Translations under genes and position numbers: made by a program
DNA from: a bacterium
GTDB taxonomy: Bacteria; Patescibacteriota; Minisyncoccia; UBA6257; 02-FULL-45-10c
Direction: 5' to 3'
NCBI GenBank assembly: GCA_021786945.1
Contig: JAJYMK010000001.1
Span: 794-64,793, forward strand
DNA length: 64,000 nucleotides
In this document: piece after piece, positions 59,343 through 64,000 of the stretch
How positions within the stretch are numbered: position 1 is the first letter of the stretch
Layout: each line of letters opens with the position of its first letter
The notes under the pieces: model-generated
Database searches by the model: none
What the model saw: the letters and a program-made list of their open reading frames with translations, nothing else
Told to the model about the DNA's origin: nothing

Positions 59343-60148
59343 AAAAAGAAAAAACCGAAATCAAAATAGTGAAAATAAAAGAGTGCGTTCCGAACTGGTG
59401 GAATCCGAACGAAATGAACGCTCGCCAATTTTCATCACTTAAAAAAGCTTTGACTAAATACGGACAAACCAAACCAATACAAGTGGGAGTCTGGCCGAAC
59501 ATGAAAGTCAAAGACGGCTATGTGATCGTGGGCGGATATCACACTTGGAAAGTGCTTGGCGAACTTGGCGAAGCCGAGATTGAAGCCAATATCCACAATT
59601 TCAAAAATGAGGACGAAGCCAAACTTTATGGGTTAACCGATAACATTCACGGTTCAAACCAACAAATAAAACTCGGCAAGCTCGCCTACGAGTTAACCCA
59701 AAACGGATATTCAATCAAAGACATTGCTCAGAATCTTGGCGAGGAAGATATCAATGTCAAAGATGCCCTCGACTTAGTGAAAGATGAAATAGAAAAGAAA
59801 ATGATTGAGCTTAAAAAAGCCGAGCGAGAAAATACTGTCGTTTTGAATTTCATCGTAGACAAAGACCCAGAAGCATCAGCCGATGAATTTATAAAAGCCG
59901 TAACTGCATTTGCGAAAGCAAAAGGCATAAAGGTCGAGAAAGCAGTCAAAGATATAAATAAGCAAAGAGAAACTATCGCTCTAATGAGTTTCAATGTGAC
60001 CAATCCGCAAAAAGGCGTGATAGATGAAGCGTTAAATACCCTGACAAAAGAAACCAAAATGACCGAGAGTGAGGCGATCGCAGAGGTGTGTAGCCGATTT
60101 ATAAATACACAAAACGGCAACATTCAGCAACAAACCGCAACAAAATGA
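59339..60148 (+). CDS. ParB/Srx N-terminal domain protein
   Basis: PNWWNPNEM, YGQTKPI, IVGGYH. Confidence 0.8.
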   Translation: MKKEKTEIKIVKIKECVPNWWNPNEMNARQFSSLKKALTKYGQTKPIQVGVWPNMKVKDGYVIVGGYHTWKVLGELGEAEIEANIHNFKNEDEAKLYGLTDNIHGSNQQIKLGKLAYELTQNGYSIKDIAQNLGEEDINVKDALDLVKDEIEKKMIELKKAERENTVVLNFIVDKDPEASADEFIKAVTAFAKAKGIKVEKAVKDINKQRETIALMSFNVTNPQKGVIDEALNTLTKETKMTESEAIAEVCSRFINTQNGNIQQQTATK

Positions 60149-60567
60149 ACAAAAAAGTTGATATCAAATGCACCAAGTACCAAGAAGCGATTCGCCTTAA
60201 GTATAACGGCGAGTCTTATCCTGTTATTGCCCGAAAGCTTAAAACTCCGGTATCAACAGTTGAGAAATGGTTTGCTTTTGGCGGTTTGCTTAAGGAGGAA
60301 TACGAAACTTATAGAGATGGACAGAACGAAATCAGAAAAAGCCAAGCCGAGTGGATACTGCACAAAAGCGTTGAGACTGCCTCATCGATGCTCGTTGCCC
60401 TTATGGGGAGTCCCGATGACGGCGTAAAATTTCGTGCGTGCAAAGAGATACTCGACCGTGAACTCGGAAGCCCCAAAGAAACCATCGAACATAAAGGATT
60501 ATATGGAACAGGCCTAAGCTATGAACAAATACTCAGAAAAGCCAGAGAGAGACCACCCGACGGTTAA
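60145..60567 (+). CDS. Putative terminase small subunit
   Basis: N-terminal HTH, ACKEILDR, position directly before terL. Confidence 0.65.
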   Translation: MNKKVDIKCTKYQEAIRLKYNGESYPVIARKLKTPVSTVEKWFAFGGLLKEEYETYRDGQNEIRKSQAEWILHKSVETASSMLVALMGSPDDGVKFRACKEILDRELGSPKETIEHKGLYGTGLSYEQILRKARERPPDG

Positions 60568-62167
60568 AACGCTGGTGGATTTCGTGAATTTTTTCGATGC
60601 TGATCCGAGAGAATTCATCGAGGAATGCCTGTTCATAAAGACGAAAGACCAGCAAACTGTTCCTTTAAAGTTTAATACCGCTCAGTACCTGATTTATAAG
60701 AGAATCAAAGAACTGAAAGCCCAAAACAAACCGATCAGAATGATTATTCTTAAAGCCAGACAAGAGGGCGTGTCCACACTTTGCGAGGGTTTGATATTCG
60801 AACGAACCGCAAGGTTTGAAAACAGCAATTCACTGATTGTCGCTCACGAACCTGAATCGACCGATGCGATATTCTCAATGAGTAAACTGTTCTACGACCT
60901 CCTGCCGTTTGATGTTAAGCCAATGCGACGGTACGACAACAAAAAGCAGATGGTCTTTGAGAATCCGGACGAGAAAGGCCGAACCAATAATCCCGGACTG
61001 CGAAGCCGAATGGTTATATCAACCGCCGACAAGACAAAAATCGGTAGAGGTTTGACCATCCATAACTTCCACGGTTCAGAGGTAGCCTTTTGGAAAAATG
61101 CCAAAGCTTTGATGCTCTCAGTACTGCAATCAATTCCGAGCTTACCGAACACTGCCGTCTTTCTCGAATCAACTGCCAACGGTTTCGGTGGTGACGGCGA
61201 ATACTTCTACCAAATGGTACAAGATGCTCTGGCTGGCAAAAACGAATTCGAGCTTATATTCCTACCATGGCACTTGATGCCCGAATATAGCCAACCATTC
61301 GCAAGCGATGCCGACAAAAAGAAGTTTGCCGAAACATTGGACGAATATGAGAAAGAATTGAGAGCAAAAGAAAACCTGACCTATGAGCAATTGAAATGGC
61401 GTAGATGGGCAATCCAAAACCTCTGCGGTGGCGACACGGATAAATTCAAACAAGAATATCCTGCCACTATCGAGGAATCATTCGTTGCCTCAAGTAAAGC
61501 TGTAATTCCGAAGCAGTACATCGAAGCTCAAAGTAAATTCGTCAGACAACCGATAAGAAAACTGGACGACATCCTGATATACGAGGAACCCAACCTGAGA
61601 CATTTCTACAGTCTGGGTGCTGATCCAGCCGAGGGTATCGGACAAGACGATTCGGCGATCACGATCATAGACAAGATGACCGGACGAGAAGTCGGAAGTT
61701 ACATCGGGCAAATCCAACCGGACTTATTTGCCAAGAAAATCAGACAATCAGCCGAACTGTTCAACGATGCTCTGGCAGTAATCGAAATAAACAATCACGG
61801 ACTGGCGGTAATCAACGCTCTCAAGACTGAATACTCAAACATTTACCAACGAACAGTCTTTGACAAAGTCACCAACACCAAGAGAAAAGAGCTTGGCTGG
61901 AAAACCAGCCAAACAACCAAACCTCTGATGGTCGATGACTTCATAGCCGGATTGCGTGACGATGACATCGGTTTGTCGAGTCAATCAACCGTAAGCCAAA
62001 TGATGACATTCGTTCACACCAGTGAAAGCAGTAAGTACGGTATGGGAGCGGAAACTGGACAGAAAGATGATGCATTAATTTCGGCAATGCTCGCATGGCA
62101 AGGATTAAAAGAATTACCAAGCGAGATGCCAATGACACGCAAAGGTCGAACAATAAAACTTTATTAA
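60521..62167 (+). CDS. terL: Terminase large subunit
   Basis: ILKARQEGVST Walker A, HGSEVAFW, ESTANG, QEYP, GADPAEG, KDD nuclease motifs. Confidence 0.93.
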   Translation: MNKYSEKPERDHPTVKTLVDFVNFFDADPREFIEECLFIKTKDQQTVPLKFNTAQYLIYKRIKELKAQNKPIRMIILKARQEGVSTLCEGLIFERTARFENSNSLIVAHEPESTDAIFSMSKLFYDLLPFDVKPMRRYDNKKQMVFENPDEKGRTNNPGLRSRMVISTADKTKIGRGLTIHNFHGSEVAFWKNAKALMLSVLQSIPSLPNTAVFLESTANGFGGDGEYFYQMVQDALAGKNEFELIFLPWHLMPEYSQPFASDADKKKFAETLDEYEKELRAKENLTYEQLKWRRWAIQNLCGGDTDKFKQEYPATIEESFVASSKAVIPKQYIEAQSKFVRQPIRKLDDILIYEEPNLRHFYSLGADPAEGIGQDDSAITIIDKMTGREVGSYIGQIQPDLFAKKIRQSAELFNDALAVIEINNHGLAVINALKTEYSNIYQRTVFDKVTNTKRKELGWKTSQTTKPLMVDDFIAGLRDDDIGLSSQSTVSQMMTFVHTSESSKYGMGAETGQKDDALISAMLAWQGLKELPSEMPMTRKGRTIKLY

Positions 62168-62169
62168 AT

Positions 62170-64000
62170 ATGGCAAATACAAAAGAACTACAAAAATTCA
62201 ATAGTGAGTACGATGAAGCCAAGAAAAACTTCTTGTACTACTACAAGCCCGAATTTGATCGGGGTTATAAACTGTTTTCCTCTTACAACGGTGATCGTGC
62301 CGAGCAATTGGAAAAAACAATTGACGGCGAGATCTGGCAGTCAAATGTTTTTATTCCTCAAGTATTTTCATACATCAAAACCTTTTTACAAAAGACAGTC
62401 GGCATAACACCTGACTTCAAGCTCGAGGGTAAAAACAATGAAGCCTTGAAAGACCTTGTGCTGTGGCTTTGGGAGATTGGCATGAGTGACGACTTAGTCG
62501 ACTTCTTCCTGCAAGTATTTATCTGCGGAACTACAATCGGAAAAGACTTCCTCAGAAAAGAAACCAAGAAAAAGAGACAAAAAGAAATCGGTATCATCGA
62601 CAAGATCAAGAAGCTGGTATTCAAGACTGCAACATCCAAGATCGTCTTCCGACCAGACTTTGACCCTGTGGATATTTATAACTTCTATCCACATCCGAGA
62701 ATGAAAAAGATTGCCGATCCATTCCCAGTATTCCATCGCTATGTGCTGACACTGGATGAAATGAAAGCTCAATATCCGGATGTGAACGAAAGTGTGTGGA
62801 AACAATTCCTAAACACTGACGGCGAAGTGGCAAAGTCCGGTGGCGATATCACAGACTATGCTTATGTGCGAAAAGAAGTCTTGATACAACTTAGAAAGAG
62901 TTTGAGAGAAACAACTAAGGCGACAAGTCCGATTGAGGGTAACCCAAACAATCCGGTCCAAATGCCAACGACCAGTGAGAAGTTATTTGAAGTCGTTGAA
63001 AGATGGATTGATGACAGGTTTACTGTATTCCTGCCGATGGACGGCACACCAATAGAAATAAAAGACGGTGACAATCCGTACGACCACGAACAGAAACCTT
63101 ATTCCAGAACTGGATTCTTCCCAAGACCGTTCTCGTTTTACTGGCTCGGTATTCCAAAACTTGTTGACCATTTGCAAGAACTTCTCAACTCCGTAACCAA
63201 CCAAAGAGTCGATGCGGTGACAATGAAAATTCACAGCATGATTGCGGCCGCACCGGTGGCTCTACCCGGATACAAGCAATCAACCATAACAGTCAAACCA
63301 CTCGGAATCTTATGGACTAATGATCCAAACTCAGTCAAAGAACTTAAATTCGGCGATGTTAACTCTTCGGCTTTCGTAGAGCCTGACCACATCAAAGAAG
63401 CTATGAGAATTGCTGTGGGAATAGACGAATTCACCACTACGGCCGGTGTGGACAGAAAAGAAACTGCGACCGTTGCCTCGTTTATGCGAGAAGCAACACT
63501 TGAGGGTGTGAAGTTATTCCTGATCATGCTTCGCAATTCTTACATCATGCACTTTGACCACTGGATCAGCATGATAAAGCAATTCTGGACAAAGAAGTCT
63601 GTAATGCCCGATAAGGCCGTAGCAATTCTGACCAGACACGGACTTATAACCGAAGCAGACGAAAGCGTAAATGGATTGTTTGACGATGAGTACGAGATGT
63701 CCCTCGAATCAACATCATCACTGGCCACATCTTCCGAGCTTAAGAAAGCAAAAGATTTGGAATTATGGGGATTGATTAAAGATGTGAACGAATTAACTGA
63801 TGCCGAAACTGGAACGGTGTATTCAATCAAGAAATTTAAAATATTAATGAAGCTTTTTGAGGATTACGGCTGGGAGCCGACAAACTACATCACCGAACAG
63901 AAACAACCTCCGATCGTACCGACAGATCAAGGTTCAGAAATACCAGCCGGTGAAGCACCTGCCGTTGACCCAAACGAACCCCCAGCACCAGCACTTCCCG
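62170..64000 (+). CDS. Portal protein, runs off the window end
   Basis: Open frame from ATG 62170 (MANTKELQKF...WQSNVFIPQVF...); follows terL; not in the ORF track because no stop is reached. Confidence 0.8.
   Translation, partial: MANTKELQKFNSEYDEAKKNFLYYYKPEFDRGYKLFSSYNGDRAEQLEKTIDGEIWQSNVFIPQVFSYIKTFLQKTVGITPDFKLEGKNNEALKDLVLWLWEIGMSDDLVDFFLQVFICGTTIGKDFLRKETKKKRQKEIGIIDKIKKLVFKTATSKIVFRPDFDPVDIYNFYPHPRMKKIADPFPVFHRYVLTLDEMKAQYPDVNESVWKQFLNTDGEVAKSGGDITDYAYVRKEVLIQLRKSLRETTKATSPIEGNPNNPVQMPTTSEKLFEVVERWIDDRFTVFLPMDGTPIEIKDGDNPYDHEQKPYSRTGFFPRPFSFYWLGIPKLVDHLQELLNSVTNQRVDAVTMKIHSMIAAAPVALPGYKQSTITVKPLGILWTNDPNSVKELKFGDVNSSAFVEPDHIKEAMRIAVGIDEFTTTAGVDRKETATVASFMREATLEGVKLFLIMLRNSYIMHFDHWISMIKQFWTKKSVMPDKAVAILTRHGLITEADESVNGLFDDEYEMSLESTSSLATSSELKKAKDLELWGLIKDVNELTDAETGTVYSIKKFKILMKLFEDYGWEPTNYITEQKQPPIVPTDQGSEIPAGEAPAVDPNEPPAPALP

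Larger units (their letters stand above)
43256..64000. mobile_element. Prophage, left part, integrated at tRNA-Ser
   Basis: Gene order integrase, cI, cro, rep, cargo, MTase, ParB, terS, terL, portal; composition shift relative to host. Confidence 0.9.

Noticed and set aside
62204-63830. Many short ORFs at the window end suggesting stop-codon recoding
   Set aside because: They are shadows of one uninterrupted portal frame from 62170; the standard code suffices.

Overview
AT-rich bacterial chromosome segment. The gene content and minimal versions of IF2, AspRS and ValRS suggest Patescibacteria/CPR (Parcubacteria-like); this assignment is an inference. 1-11 kb is a glycosyltransferase/surface-polysaccharide cluster. 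11-43 kb holds housekeeping and envelope genes (S-layer-like protein, clpB with CIRCE, degP, iscS, rpmA, S41 protease, thpR, def, fmt, P3A ATPase, T-box-aspS, tsaD, valS, prsW, hsp20, patatin, rbfA, infB) and 4 tRNAs. From 43.3 kb to the window end is a prophage integrated at tRNA-Ser(GCT): serine integrase, cI/cro switch, replication gene with iterons, about 11 kb of metal/redox, Fic and restriction-modification cargo, then MTase, ParB, terS, terL and portal. The most unusual signal is in the host region. It carries at least four separate families of short repeats or palindromes. Three of them bracket their own small gene (GIY-YIG, GxxExxY, four-helix bundle). Copies of the families are scattered through 5' UTRs and inserted in frame into working genes (fmt, valS, thpR, glycosyltransferases), and one copy is flanked by a 17-bp target-site-like duplication of a CIRCE half-site. 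Two candidate structured RNA leaders (S-layer gene, phage late operon) were also seen.
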